64,000 nt of DNA from an uncultured delta proteobacterium (GTDB lineage Bacteria; Myxococcota; Kuafuiibacteriia; Kuafuiibacteriales; Kuafuiibacteriaceae), in contig CAWDML010000003.1 in the NCBI GenBank assembly GCA_963803435.1, positions 416,001-480,000 on the forward strand, in the 5' to 3' direction. Below the pieces are notes generated by a model, which was not told where the DNA came from, made no database searches, and saw nothing but the letters and a program-made list of their open reading frames with translations. The translations under genes and the position numbers were made by a program. This document shows positions 13,732 to 24,198 of this stretch, one piece after another (position 1 is the first letter of the stretch; each line of letters opens with the position of its first letter).

Positions 13732-16212
13732 TCAGATCGCCAGCCAATAGCTCAGCTTGAACAGCACCGTGTCGAGCGTCGGCGAGGTGACCAGGCCGCT
13801 GAAGTCGCGTCCCAGATCGAGCGTGCCGTGCTGGTCGTCGTCGAGGCTCTGCTCGTGGGACCACACCAGGTAGAGCGTGGAGCCGAGGAGGTACTCCCAG
13901 CGGATCACGACGTTGGAGCGGAGCTGGGCGAAGATGAAGCGGTCGTCCCCGTCGTAGTCGTAGGGGCTGAAACGATCGCGGTAGCGGGCCGCGTGCGGAT
14001 CGGTGACCGCACGGAAGTTCTCGTATCTCCCGGCCGAAAGGTACGGTGACGCGTAGATCTGCAGGCTCAGGTCCGGCGTCAGCGTCCAGTTCGCGCGGAG
14101 CGCCACGCTGGCGGTGAGCTGGCGGAGATGACCCACGATCGAGAGGTCGTCGATCTCGTCGACCCACTGGAAGTCGCGGATGTCGCGCTCGACGGTGGGC
14201 TGGAGCGAGATCTCGACCGAGGACGCGGGCCGCATCTTGAGGAGGATGTACGTGCCGAAGTAGCCGCCGCTGCGATCGTCGTTGTAACCGCCGAAGACCT
14301 CACCGAGGAAGTTGACGGGGGCGCGATCGTCCGTCTGACCGCCGATCCAGCCGAACCAATCACCCGGGCGCTCGATCCCCGAGCCGCCGAACAGGGCGTT
14401 GACGCTGAGCGCCTCCAGATCGCGTCCGGCGCCGAAGTAGAAGTACGAGGTGTCCGGGAAGGTGAAGGTCGCGTTGACGTTGCCGCCCACGCTCGTGATC
14501 TCGTTGCCGAAGGTCTTCGTGCCCGAAAGGTTCACGTTGATGACGTAATTGCGGTAGCCGGGGCCGGGGTCGTCCTCCCGATACTGCGCCCAGAGGAAGC
14601 CGAGCTGTTGATCCGCGCGCGGGAGGTAGCCGAGCGGGTTGGGATCGAACCCGGGGCTGGTGACCACGACGCCGGCCGCGCCGCGCCAGTCCTTGCCGTT
14701 CGTCTTGCCCGCGACGATCGAGGTGCCCCAGCCGGCCAGACTCTCGCGGTCAGGGTCGAGCGTCAGATGCGCGGCGTCGGGACGCTGGAAGTAGTGCACG
14801 CTCGATCGCTGCACCTCCTCGATCGCCGCCGGTGTCCCGGCGAGCTCCGAGCCGAACACCCGGGCGAGGAGCTGGTAGTCGCCGATGCGATGGCTGAAGT
14901 CGGCGCCGCCCGCGACAGCCTGCGTGACCAGCTCGCTGTTGGTGTCGGCTTCGGAGCGCCGGACCAGGTGCGTCAGGATGACGCCGGTGGTGGTCTGCCC
15001 GTTGCGGAAGTCCTTGGAGACGCGCGCCACCAGCGCGTTCGAGAGCGGCTCGAGCGTGCGCTGGTGGAGCCCGTCCGGGCCGCTGATCGTCCCCTCGGTG
15101 CCGTCGGTGAGGGCGTCGAGCAGGCCGATCCCCCAGCCGTCGTTCGTCTTCCCCGTCAGCTTGACCGCTCCCAGGATGGGCGTGTTGGCGGGTGCATCCT
15201 CGATCTCCTCGTCGTCCGTCAGGCTGCTGCCGCCCGTCGGCGCGCGACCGATCCGCCGGGTGTAGAAGAGGCGGTAGCGACCGAGGTCGCCGTCCCCGTA
15301 GCCGAAGGGAAAGTCGAGCTGCTCCTTGCCCTCGAGGAAGAAGCTCCGCTTCTCGTCGAAGAAGACCTCGGTCGACGACAGGTTCAGCACGCTCGGGTCC
15401 GACTCGACCTGCCCGAAGTCCGGGTTGATGCTCACCGCCAGGTTCATCGACGCGCCCAGACCGAGCCTCATCTCGCCGCCGAGCGTGCCCTTGAGGCTCC
15501 GATCGCCGTCGTCGACCTCGACCCCGCCGAGGGCATACGGCTCCAGCGACAGCGCGGAGCTGCTCGGCAGCGCTTCCAGCCCCTCGAGCTGCGCGAAGTG
15601 TCGGACCAGCGTGGTGGTGCCGTGCGGCGTCGAGCTGAAGAAGCTGCGCTCGCTCTTCCGCGTGAGGTCGCGCCCGACCTGGAACCCCCACCGCCCCTCC
15701 TCGGTGTTGTAGCGGAGCTGGTTGAACGGGATGCGGAACTCTGCGGTCCACCCCACGCTCGAGGTCGTCGTCCGCACGTCCCAGATGCCGTCCCAGTTGA
15801 CGTCCTCGACCTCGTCGTTCACCCGCGCGTCCTGTTTCACGTCCACCGGGTTGACCGAGAATCGGTACGCCGAGCGCCCGTCCCCGAACGTGTCCAGCCA
15901 GACGTGGATCCAATCGGAGGTGGAGACCTCGTCGCGCCGCGTCAGCCTTCCGACGATCTGATCCGGCTGCGAGTCGAACGCCTCCACCAGGAAGTAGACC
16001 GCGTCGTCGTCGTAGGCCGACTTCACGCGCGTCCGTTCGCTCGGCGGCGCGCCCTCGTTCGGATCGTACTGCACGAAGCCGTCGGACCAGGCGACCTCCT
16101 TCCAGCCCAAATCATCGCCGGTGCCGTCGATCTCGATCGTTCCCGACTTCACACGGTGGGCCGCCGCCGACGTGCTGCTGGCAGCGAGCAGAATGAGGAG
16201 AGGAATCGACAT
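13732..16212 (-). CDS. CBM9/DOMON-like + DUF5916 outer-membrane protein
   Basis: Signal peptide; IDG..DD..W, WTAEFRIPF, INPDFGQVESD, FFDEKRSFFLEG, LFYTRRIG; C-terminal barrel-type end FKLSYWL. Confidence 0.85.
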   Translation of the reverse strand: MSIPLLILLAASSTSAAAHRVKSGTIEIDGTGDDLGWKEVAWSDGFVQYDPNEGAPPSERTRVKSAYDDDAVYFLVEAFDSQPDQIVGRLTRRDEVSTSDWIHVWLDTFGDGRSAYRFSVNPVDVKQDARVNDEVEDVNWDGIWDVRTTTSSVGWTAEFRIPFNQLRYNTEEGRWGFQVGRDLTRKSERSFFSSTPHGTTTLVRHFAQLEGLEALPSSSALSLEPYALGGVEVDDGDRSLKGTLGGEMRLGLGASMNLAVSINPDFGQVESDPSVLNLSSTEVFFDEKRSFFLEGKEQLDFPFGYGDGDLGRYRLFYTRRIGRAPTGGSSLTDDEEIEDAPANTPILGAVKLTGKTNDGWGIGLLDALTDGTEGTISGPDGLHQRTLEPLSNALVARVSKDFRNGQTTTGVILTHLVRRSEADTNSELVTQAVAGGADFSHRIGDYQLLARVFGSELAGTPAAIEEVQRSSVHYFQRPDAAHLTLDPDRESLAGWGTSIVAGKTNGKDWRGAAGVVVTSPGFDPNPLGYLPRADQQLGFLWAQYREDDPGPGYRNYVINVNLSGTKTFGNEITSVGGNVNATFTFPDTSYFYFGAGRDLEALSVNALFGGSGIERPGDWFGWIGGQTDDRAPVNFLGEVFGGYNDDRSGGYFGTYILLKMRPASSVEISLQPTVERDIRDFQWVDEIDDLSIVGHLRQLTASVALRANWTLTPDLSLQIYASPYLSAGRYENFRAVTDPHAARYRDRFSPYDYDGDDRFIFAQLRSNVVIRWEYLLGSTLYLVWSHEQSLDDDQHGTLDLGRDFSGLVTSPTLDTVLFKLSYWLAI

Positions 16213-16240
16213 CGATCAGGCCGGAAGCCCGCCGTCTGTG

Positions 16241-16256
16241 TGCATCGCACATGCCA
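16241..16256 (-). promoter_or_regulatory. Putative sigma54 (-24/-12) promoter
   Basis: Minus strand TGGCATGTGCGATGCA = GG-N10-GC, about 30 bp upstream of the DUF5916 ATG. Confidence 0.55.
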
Positions 16257-16327
16257 GCGCAGTGCGGAGGAAACCGAAGAGCTGGCTGCAGCATTCCCGC
16301 TTCAGCCGCCGCAGTCCATCGGATGCA

Positions 16328-17068
16328 TCATGGCTTGGTGTAGCGCTCGATGACCTCGTCCGGAGGGCCGTCCATCACCACCAGGCCCTTTTCCATCAAG
16401 ATCAGCCGCGTGCAGAGACGCTTCAGCTCGACCATGTTGTGCGAGACGATGACGACGGTCCGCCCCTCACCACGGACCATCTCCTCCATTCGCGCCATCG
16501 ACTTCTTCTTGAAATCGGCGTCACCCACCGCGAGGATCTCGTCCACCAAGAGGATGTCGGGCTCGATCACGGAAGCGACGGCGAAGCCGAGCCGAGCCTT
16601 CATCCCGGACGAGTAGGTCCGGAGCGGTTGGCGAATGAAGTTGCCGATGTCCGCGAAGGCAACCACCGCGTCGTACCGCTCCGCCACCTGTCGAGGCGAC
16701 AGGCCGAGGATGGCGCCGGCCAGCCTGATGTTCTCACCGCCCGTGAGCTCCTCGCGGAAGCCCGAGCCGAGCTCGAGAATCCGCACGCGACCGCGCGCGC
16801 ATGCCGATCCCTTGTCCGGCTGGTAGATGCCAGCAATGACCCGAAGCAGCGTGCTCTTGCCCGATCCGTTCTTCCCGATGAGCCCGACGACCTCGCCGGT
16901 GCGGATCTCCACCGTGACCCCGCGGAGAGCCCAGAACTCCTTCTCGCTCCTCGAGCGCAGTCGGCCCCGAGCCATCGCGAGGAAGACCTCCTTGAGACCA
17001 CCCGCTGAGTACCGGACCATGGGGAAGGACAGATGGACATCCTCGATCTCGATCGACGGGTCCTTCAC
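16328..17068 (-). CDS. wzt: Polysaccharide ABC exporter ATP-binding subunit
   Basis: GKNGSGKST, YSSGMKARLGF, LLVDEILAVGD, VSH; GTG start overlaps wzm stop (GTGA); no C-terminal carbohydrate-binding domain. Confidence 0.9.
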   Translation of the reverse strand: MKDPSIEIEDVHLSFPMVRYSAGGLKEVFLAMARGRLRSRSEKEFWALRGVTVEIRTGEVVGLIGKNGSGKSTLLRVIAGIYQPDKGSACARGRVRILELGSGFREELTGGENIRLAGAILGLSPRQVAERYDAVVAFADIGNFIRQPLRTYSSGMKARLGFAVASVIEPDILLVDEILAVGDADFKKKSMARMEEMVRGEGRTVVIVSHNMVELKRLCTRLILMEKGLVVMDGPPDEVIERYTKP

Positions 17069-17844
17069 AGGTATTTCACCGCCTTGCGCTCCCAACGGAA
17101 GAAGATCGCAGAGCCCATCCAGCAGGTCATGAAGGCGATGGTCGCCGCCGAGACGAGGTGCACGGTTCCGAAAGGCATCGGCTTGTGAAGCACCGCGCTT
17201 CGCGCCATCGAGAGGCAGACCGCGAGCGGGTTGAAGAGGAACCAAAAGCGCATGTCTGCTGGGACCATGGAGATCGGGTAGATCGCGGCCGAGAAATACA
17301 TCCCCATCCTCAGCAAGACTCCGAGTAGGTAGCCGACGTCCTTGAACACGACGTTCGCGCATGAGGCCACCAGACCGATCCCCACAGCGAGCATCGTGAT
17401 CAGCAGAATCGCGACGGGCCACAGGATCACGGATGTTCCGGGTACGACCCGGTAGAACAACAAGAATGGAATCACCGCCAGCATGTTCAGGAGCAACACG
17501 ACCAGGTTCGAAGCGCTTGCTGCCACGACGTAGACGTCGCGCGGGATCGGGATCGAGCGCACCAGCCCTGCGTTCGAGCGTAGCGCTGTGGCACTCCCGT
17601 TCACGACCGAGCTGAAGTAGGTCCACGGCATCAATCCGAGGATCACCACCAGGACGAAGTCCGGCTGCCCTCGGTGAGCGATGACCGTAAAGATGAAGTA
17701 GTAGATGCCGACCAGAGCCAGAGGCTCGAGGAGGCTCCAGAGATATCCGAGGACCGTCCCTCGGTATTTGACCTTGAGGTCGCGGGCCACGAAGTTGGCG
17801 ATCACGTAGCGGTGTTCGCGAATGTGCCTCAGCAAGCGCAGCAT
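17065..17844 (-). CDS. wzm: Polysaccharide ABC exporter permease
   Basis: RDLKVKYRGTVLGYLWSLLEPL and FNPL motifs; multi-TM. Confidence 0.9.
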   Translation of the reverse strand: MLRLLRHIREHRYVIANFVARDLKVKYRGTVLGYLWSLLEPLALVGIYYFIFTVIAHRGQPDFVLVVILGLMPWTYFSSVVNGSATALRSNAGLVRSIPIPRDVYVVAASASNLVVLLLNMLAVIPFLLFYRVVPGTSVILWPVAILLITMLAVGIGLVASCANVVFKDVGYLLGVLLRMGMYFSAAIYPISMVPADMRFWFLFNPLAVCLSMARSAVLHKPMPFGTVHLVSAATIAFMTCWMGSAIFFRWERKAVKYL

Positions 17845-18060
17845 GCGTCGTTCCGCTCCCGCACCGGGTACTCCGACTTGCCCATCGCAATCAAGATCGC
17901 GCCGAGCTCGTCGCTGCCGTGCGCTTCTCGAGATCGGACGATCGCTCCTCGACCGAGCCACCCGCTTCTTCGCGTCTCGGACTCCGTGCTTCGCGCGATC
18001 CGAGAGACGCCGGCCGAGGCTCCGCGGGCGCTCGCGGCCCGCCGGTGCTGCGTATACCCT

Positions 18061-20010
18061 TCATCGCGGAGCTGGCGACGGATGAAACGGACCGTCCAGG
18101 AATCTCCGGCAATAGAGCTCCATCGTCGCCAAGCGGTAGAGCTGCCATCCGAAGTCCCGAGTGCCCGCGTTGTGCAGCTCGATCATTCGCTCGACCGGCG
18201 CACGCCTCGTGAACCCCCGCTCGAGCGCGCGTCTTGAGAGGACGAGCTCGCGGAGCCAGCTCTTTTGATGCGTTCGGATCCACCGCGAGAAAGGCGTCGG
18301 ATAGCCCTTCTTGTCGCGTCGGTCCCGGACTGCGTCCGGAATGATGCCGGTCATCGCGTCCCGGAGGACGGCCTTGGTGCGCGCCCCGACGATCTGACGC
18401 GTGGGCGCGATGCCCAGGCTGTATTCGACGAGACGATAGTCCAGAAAGGGGGTCCGCGCTTCGATGGAGAACGCCATCGAGTTGCGGTCCTCGTAGTGGA
18501 GCAACGCGGGCAAGGAGGTTCGAACGAGTTGGTCCCATTGCGCGTCCGTCAGCGGGTCTGCGGTGATCCGCGGAATGTCCCAGCGGAACCCGTCGTCCCG
18601 GAGTTTCTGGTGGACCTCGTCGGTGGTCGGGCGCAGGTCGAGCTCATCCCCCCCGCGGCGGGCCGCGAGGCCGCCCGCCGATGGCAGCGCCAACCGTTTG
18701 CGGATCGCCGCTCCATACCGCTTGCCTCTCGCGATCAAAGCGCCGCGGAGGATCTCGCGTACCGGATCCCTGCCGACGAGGTCGCTCATCTCCCGGTGGG
18801 CGCGCCAGAGGCTCAGGAGTGCTCCCAGGCTCCCGCCGCGAGCCCTCCTCAGGAGACTTCGAACGTACGGGTCGAAGTCGTGGAAATAGCCGGCGAACAG
18901 CTCGTCGGCGCCCTGTCCGTCGAGAAGGACCTTCACCTTGCTGCTGGCCACCCGCATGACGTGCCACTGCGTGTAGACGCCGGGGCCGACCGTCGGGCCG
19001 TCCTGGTAGTAGGTGGCTCGTTCGAGAACGTCGGGGAGGTCCAGGCCGTTCGGGGTGATCAGGTTCTCGCGAAGCTCGAGCTGCTCCACCATCAAGCGGA
19101 CGAATCCGCTCTCGTCGAAGCCGGGCTCGGAGTAGACGGCAGAGAAGGTCTCGGGAGCCAGCCCGAGCCTCCGCTTGGCGCAGGCGACGATCGAAGAGCT
19201 GTCGATCCCTCCTGAGAGGCACGTGCCCACCGGAACATCCGAGCGGAACCGCAACCTGACCGCGTCGATCAGGAGCTCACGAACCCGTTCCGTCTCCTGA
19301 GGCGAACCGGTCTCCCGCGCATCCGAGGGCGGAGTGAAGGTCCAGTACCTGGTCTCTCGCCTCGCACCCGATGCCTCGAAGACGACCACGGTACCCGGCT
19401 CGACCGCGTCGATGTGCTCGAAGAACGACTCCTTGAGAAAGCAGATCTGCGCCTGGACGAAGTGACGTGCGATGTTTCGTAGGTTCGGCTGCGCGAGCGC
19501 AGGCTCTGCGGCCAGGATGGCCTTGATCTCCGAGGCGAACAGCAGTCGGCGGTCATTCACGTGGAGGTACAGCGGCTTGATCCCGAGACGGTCCCGTGAG
19601 AGGAGGAGCCTTCGCTCGCGCGCATCGTACAGCGCGAGGCCCCACATCCCGTTGAGGCGCTCGAAGGCGTCGAGCCCGAACTGCCGGTAAGCCTGAAGGA
19701 TGACCTCCGTATCCGTGTGGGAGCGAAAACGGCAGCCTCGGGCTTCGAGCTCTTCGCGAAGCTCGAGATAGTTGTAGACCTCGCCGTTGTAGCTGATCCA
19801 GAGCCCTTCGTCGTCGGTCGACATGGGCTGATGGCCAGCCTCAGATAGATCGATGATCGAGAGTCGTCGATGCGCGAGCCCGCACGGCCCGAGGACGACG
19901 TCACCGACGCCGTCAGGGCCCCGATGCGCCAGGGCCGAGCTCATCGTCCGTAACAGGTCGACGGAGGGGCTTCGTCCGTCGAAGTAGAGCACGCCGGCGA
20001 CGCCGCACAT
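18061..20010 (-). CDS. asnB: Asparagine synthase (Gln-hydrolysing) family amidotransferase, probably glycan amidation
   Basis: MCGVAG N-terminal Cys, HRGPD, RRLSIIDL, LSGGIDSS, GQGADE, EARTPFLD, KKGYPTP. Confidence 0.92.
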   Translation of the reverse strand: MCGVAGVLYFDGRSPSVDLLRTMSSALAHRGPDGVGDVVLGPCGLAHRRLSIIDLSEAGHQPMSTDDEGLWISYNGEVYNYLELREELEARGCRFRSHTDTEVILQAYRQFGLDAFERLNGMWGLALYDARERRLLLSRDRLGIKPLYLHVNDRRLLFASEIKAILAAEPALAQPNLRNIARHFVQAQICFLKESFFEHIDAVEPGTVVVFEASGARRETRYWTFTPPSDARETGSPQETERVRELLIDAVRLRFRSDVPVGTCLSGGIDSSSIVACAKRRLGLAPETFSAVYSEPGFDESGFVRLMVEQLELRENLITPNGLDLPDVLERATYYQDGPTVGPGVYTQWHVMRVASSKVKVLLDGQGADELFAGYFHDFDPYVRSLLRRARGGSLGALLSLWRAHREMSDLVGRDPVREILRGALIARGKRYGAAIRKRLALPSAGGLAARRGGDELDLRPTTDEVHQKLRDDGFRWDIPRITADPLTDAQWDQLVRTSLPALLHYEDRNSMAFSIEARTPFLDYRLVEYSLGIAPTRQIVGARTKAVLRDAMTGIIPDAVRDRRDKKGYPTPFSRWIRTHQKSWLRELVLSRRALERGFTRRAPVERMIELHNAGTRDFGWQLYRLATMELYCRRFLDGPFHPSPAPR

Positions 20011-20140
20011 CGGTTCCTTAGGCGATGCGTTCTCACCGCTGTCAAGCCCCCGAGACGTGTGGGGGCAAGCGAGAACGAGAGTCCGACGCTTCGTTGTTTC
20101 GCTCGATTCCACGTGATACGCGAGCGACGCTCTCTGCGCT

Positions 20141-21385
20141 ATGGCCGTAGACCGACCGAATCGACGCGTGCTGTTCATCGCGCGCGTTTTTCCTCCGCAG
20201 GGCGGCGGTGGCGTTCAGCGCCCGGTCAAGCTGGTGCGCCATCTTCCGGACCACGGCTGGATTGCGCGCGTGATCGCAGCCCCCCCCTCGGGGAGTGTGC
20301 GGGACGAGTCCTTGCTCGACGAGATCCCGCCTTCGGTCGAGGTCGCTCGTCTCCGCGGCGCGCTCGGGATTCGGGTCCCGAACGCTCTTCGCGCGCTCAG
20401 GCTCGGTCGGCTCTACGCGTCCTTTCGACACATCGTGCTCGCGGGTGACGATGGGCTGGTCGATCTCTCCGAAACGATAGCGCTCGGCGTCCGGATGGGG
20501 CGAGACGTGGACGCGGTCGTCGCCACCAGCCTGCCGTTCTCGAGCATCGTCGCGGGAGCGCTGATCGCGCGAGCCCTGAACAAGCCGTTCCTCGCCGATC
20601 TGCGCGACCCTTGGGCGTTTGCGCCCCGGGTCCGCGGCTTCAGCTCGGTTCACCTTCGGGCGATGAAGGCCTTGGAACGGCGAACGCTCGCCGAGGCCAC
20701 TTCGATCGTGACGGTGACCGAGGGGTGCCGGAGGTATCTCTCGCCTGAGGTGGCAGAACGAGCGATCGTCATCCCAAACGGCTACGACCCGGCGGATCTG
20801 GAGGTGGAGGCGGAGCCGCGGAGTGACCACGCGGTTCGGATCGTTCATGCAGGATCACTCTATGGGGAGCGACATCCTGGGCTGCTGCTCGAGGCGCTGT
20901 CGCGAGTACAAGCCCGGTATCCCGAGCGAAGGATCGAGCTGGTGATGGCGGGGGCCACGTACGAGCATGCCTCCGACCTCACACGGGCGGCGATCCGGGT
21001 TGACGTGCGCGGATATCTCTCCCATCGAGAGTCGATGGCGTTGGTCCGCTCCGCTGACGCGATCGTCGTGCTGGTCGGCAATCAGCCTGAGGACGACCAC
21101 GCGCTTCCGGCCAAGCTATTCGAGGCGATCGCGATGGGGCCGCCTGTGCTGTGCTCGGCCCGCGCGGGCAGCGAGTCCGCGCGGCTCATGGAGGCAACGG
21201 GTGCAGGGCGCGTGGTCTCGGACCGCGCGGCCATCGAGGTCGCGGTCGAGGACCTCCTCGAAGGCCGGCTCGAGACCTCGAACCTCGCGGAACGTGCGCC
21301 CGTGCTTGCTCCGTTCCACCGGAGCGCGATTGCGCGACGGTTCGCCGATCTCCTCGACGCACTGGTCACATCGCCGCGGAGATGA
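20141..21385 (+). CDS. Glycosyltransferase family 4
   Basis: FPPQGGGGVQR, DLRDPW, IPNGYD, HAGSLY, PAKLFE. Confidence 0.88.
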   Translation: MAVDRPNRRVLFIARVFPPQGGGGVQRPVKLVRHLPDHGWIARVIAAPPSGSVRDESLLDEIPPSVEVARLRGALGIRVPNALRALRLGRLYASFRHIVLAGDDGLVDLSETIALGVRMGRDVDAVVATSLPFSSIVAGALIARALNKPFLADLRDPWAFAPRVRGFSSVHLRAMKALERRTLAEATSIVTVTEGCRRYLSPEVAERAIVIPNGYDPADLEVEAEPRSDHAVRIVHAGSLYGERHPGLLLEALSRVQARYPERRIELVMAGATYEHASDLTRAAIRVDVRGYLSHRESMALVRSADAIVVLVGNQPEDDHALPAKLFEAIAMGPPVLCSARAGSESARLMEATGAGRVVSDRAAIEVAVEDLLEGRLETSNLAERAPVLAPFHRSAIARRFADLLDALVTSPRR

Positions 21386-22761
21386 TCGCCCGAATCCATC
21401 GTCGCCGTCTCCGGGTCGTGCAGTTCGTCGTCGGAGACGCGCCGCGCGACGCGCGCGTGATGCGAAGCGCGAGGTCTCTCCGCGACGCGGGCCACGAGGT
21501 CCTGATTGTCGGCAGGAATAGACACCTGCTCGGGCTCCGGCCGTTGACTCCCATCGATCAGGTCGACGGCATGGAGCACTGGGCGATGCCGTTCAGTCTG
21601 TCGCAGCGCTACGACGTGATCTTGGAGGCGCTGAATCGACTCAATCCGCTTTATTCGGTGGACGGCAGCATCAGAAGCTCGATCGCGCGCGCGATTTCGT
21701 CGGAGGAGCTGTCTTCAATCGACCGCCTGAAGACCCTGGCGCTCTCCGGTCCCTATGCGCTCGCGCTCGCATCGCACCGGACCGGGGCCCTGCGGCAGGC
21801 GTCGCGGGTGCTCGGTCTGCTCCACCGGCCGCGCTTCGTGGTCCGGGCCCTCCAGGCGTTTGCGCCGGACGTGATCCACGCGCACGATCTCTTCGGGTAC
21901 TCGTTTGTCGCGGAGCACGCACACCGCGCCGGAATTCCGCTGATCTACGATGCGCACGAGCTCGAAAGCGGTCGGAACGCACCGACATGGTCGGAGAAGA
22001 AGAAGGTCGAGCATGCGGCCCTCGAGCGGCGGCTCATCGGTGTTGCGAGCGGGGTGATAACCGTGTCCCCCGCGATCGCCTCGATCTTGGAGGAGCGCTA
22101 CGGAATCACTCGTCCGACCGTCGTGGCCAACGCCCCGCCGCGCGCGAACATTCGAGAGAATCGCCCGCTGCGCGAGAGGCTCGGCCTGTCCAGCGAGGAG
22201 CGGGTCGTCCTCTATCTGGGCGGGGTTTCCTCAGGTCGAGGAATCGAGCGGTTGCTGGGGGCGCTCAAGCGACTCCCGGAGTCCGTCCACCTCGCACTGA
22301 TGGGGCCCGTCGTCGACCACTACGTCGATACCTTCAATCACCTCCTCCGCGCGATGGGTGCGCCCAGCCGTCGCGTTCACCTGCTCGGCAGGTTGCCGTA
22401 CGAACAGGTGATCCACGAGGCATGGGGCGCGGACGTGGGCTACAACGGAATCGAGATGTCGTGCGAAAGCTATCGAAACGCCCTGCCGAATAAGTTCTTC
22501 GAGTACGTGTTCGCCGGCGTGCCGGTCCTGTCGACGCCACAAACCGACGTCGTTCGTCTCACGGATGAGTATCGGCTGGGGCGCATCATTCCAGACGGTG
22601 ACGACGCGGACATCGCGGAAGCGATCCGTCGGGCGTTCTCCGACGGGCTCAAGATCCCTCCCGAGCGACGCCGGGCTTTCATCGAACGGTTTTGCTGGGA
22701 GGCCCAGGCCGAGGAGCTTCTGGGCCTCTACGAAAGGATTATCCCCGGCCGGGACGGCTGA
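21382..22761 (+). CDS. Glycosyltransferase family 4
   Basis: DARVMRSA, IHAHD, YDAHE, LPNKFFEY; ATGA overlap with the upstream gene. Confidence 0.88.
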   Translation: MIARIHRRRLRVVQFVVGDAPRDARVMRSARSLRDAGHEVLIVGRNRHLLGLRPLTPIDQVDGMEHWAMPFSLSQRYDVILEALNRLNPLYSVDGSIRSSIARAISSEELSSIDRLKTLALSGPYALALASHRTGALRQASRVLGLLHRPRFVVRALQAFAPDVIHAHDLFGYSFVAEHAHRAGIPLIYDAHELESGRNAPTWSEKKKVEHAALERRLIGVASGVITVSPAIASILEERYGITRPTVVANAPPRANIRENRPLRERLGLSSEERVVLYLGGVSSGRGIERLLGALKRLPESVHLALMGPVVDHYVDTFNHLLRAMGAPSRRVHLLGRLPYEQVIHEAWGADVGYNGIEMSCESYRNALPNKFFEYVFAGVPVLSTPQTDVVRLTDEYRLGRIIPDGDDADIAEAIRRAFSDGLKIPPERRRAFIERFCWEAQAEELLGLYERIIPGRDG

Positions 22762-22767
22762 TCCACG

Positions 22768-24135
22768 GTGGACCTGATGGCGACCATCGTCGTGCTCAAC
22801 GTATCCGAGACCCGACGCGACGCTCGCGTTCGGCGTATCGCCGGATCGCTCGCAGGTAAGGGCCATCGGGTGGTCGTCGTCGGATACAACGCGCGCAGCG
22901 AAGCCGAGCACGAGCAGATGGATGGCTTCGACCTGTTCCGGTGCTCCCCGAGGAAGTCGCAAGACCAGAAAGACATGGCGGCGATCGAGCGAGCCTGTCC
23001 GGCCGCCGGTGAGATCGTCCGACGTGCCGATCCGCGGGTCATGGGCGACACCCTCCGGCTCCGTCTGCCGTCGCGCCGTGAGCTCGAACGGATGGTCCTC
23101 AGGTACGGGCGCCGGCTCGAGCGCCGGCTGGGCACGACCATGCTTGGCGAGCCCGCGGTGATCGCGGCGGAGCACCGCGAGATCGGTCGAATTCGATCGA
23201 TGATGCTCATCAATCTCGCGCTCTTCGAGGAGGCGGCGAGGCACGCGCCGACGGTCGTCCATGCCAACGATCTGAACTCGTTGCTCGCCGGGTTCATGCT
23301 CAAGACTGTGACCGGCGCGAAGCTCATCTTCGATGCGCACGAGATCTATCCCGAGCAGTTCGCGGAATCATCGAGGTCGGAGATATGGCACGACTTCTAT
23401 ACTCGGCTGGAAGAGCTTCTCCTCCCGCACACGGATGCCCGCATGACGGTGTGCGACTCGATCGCGCGGTACTATGAGCGACAAAAGGGAAGCGCGCCGT
23501 TCGTGACGGTTCGAAACGTACCGTCGATTGCCCACCTTCCTCCGTCCTTGGTGCTCGATCGCATGAGCACGCCGCGCAGGTGCTTGTATCATGGGAACTA
23601 CTTCGAGTTCCGAGGGCTCGACGAGGTGATCCGAGCCGCGCGCCGTGTATCGAACGCACGCTTCGTTTTCCGAGGCTTTGGCTACCACGAAGAGAAGCTG
23701 AGGGCCCTCGCTCGGTCGGAGGGGGTTGAGGATCGTGTGGAGTTTGTGACGCCCGTGGAAGTGAATGAGGTCGTCGCCGCGGCCGCCGCGTGCGACATCG
23801 GTCTCAATCCGTTCATCTCGGTCTGCTTGAACACGGAGTTCGCTCTTCCCAACAAGTTCTTCGAGTACATGATGGCGGGCCTCGCGCTCGCGAGCTCTGA
23901 CCTGGTCGAGATGCGCCGGCTGACGACGGACCTCGATCTCGGCATCTTGTTCGACTCCCGGAACATCGACTCCATCGCCGACGGTCTCACACTCTTGGTG
24001 AAAGACTCGGAGCGGCTCGACGCGTGTCGCCGCAACGGGTACCAGCGGGCCAAGGAGGAGCTCCATTGGGAGCTTGAGGTCACACGTTTGTTCGGGGTCT
24101 ACGATCCCGTCGCAGGGGCAAAGGTACGGAGGTGA
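22768..24135 (+). CDS. Glycosyltransferase family 4 (paralogue of upstream gene)
   Basis: DARVRRIA, VHAND, FDAHE, LPNKFFEY. Confidence 0.88.
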   Translation: MDLMATIVVLNVSETRRDARVRRIAGSLAGKGHRVVVVGYNARSEAEHEQMDGFDLFRCSPRKSQDQKDMAAIERACPAAGEIVRRADPRVMGDTLRLRLPSRRELERMVLRYGRRLERRLGTTMLGEPAVIAAEHREIGRIRSMMLINLALFEEAARHAPTVVHANDLNSLLAGFMLKTVTGAKLIFDAHEIYPEQFAESSRSEIWHDFYTRLEELLLPHTDARMTVCDSIARYYERQKGSAPFVTVRNVPSIAHLPPSLVLDRMSTPRRCLYHGNYFEFRGLDEVIRAARRVSNARFVFRGFGYHEEKLRALARSEGVEDRVEFVTPVEVNEVVAAAAACDIGLNPFISVCLNTEFALPNKFFEYMMAGLALASSDLVEMRRLTTDLDLGILFDSRNIDSIADGLTLLVKDSERLDACRRNGYQRAKEELHWELEVTRLFGVYDPVAGAKVRR

Positions 24136-24198
24136 AGCGGCGCGCGCCAGGCGGAGCGCCACCACTGGGGTGTCGGCGAGCGCGTGCTCAGCGGATCG

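Noticed and set aside
16328-17890. 520 aa extended Wzt
   Set aside because: The N-terminal extension overlaps wzm in another frame; the likely start is the GTG at 17068 overlapping the wzm stop
17845-18060. 216 bp gap between asnB and wzm as an ncRNA or JUMPstart/ops element
   Set aside because: No ops motif, convincing hairpin or recognisable RNA family seen by eye
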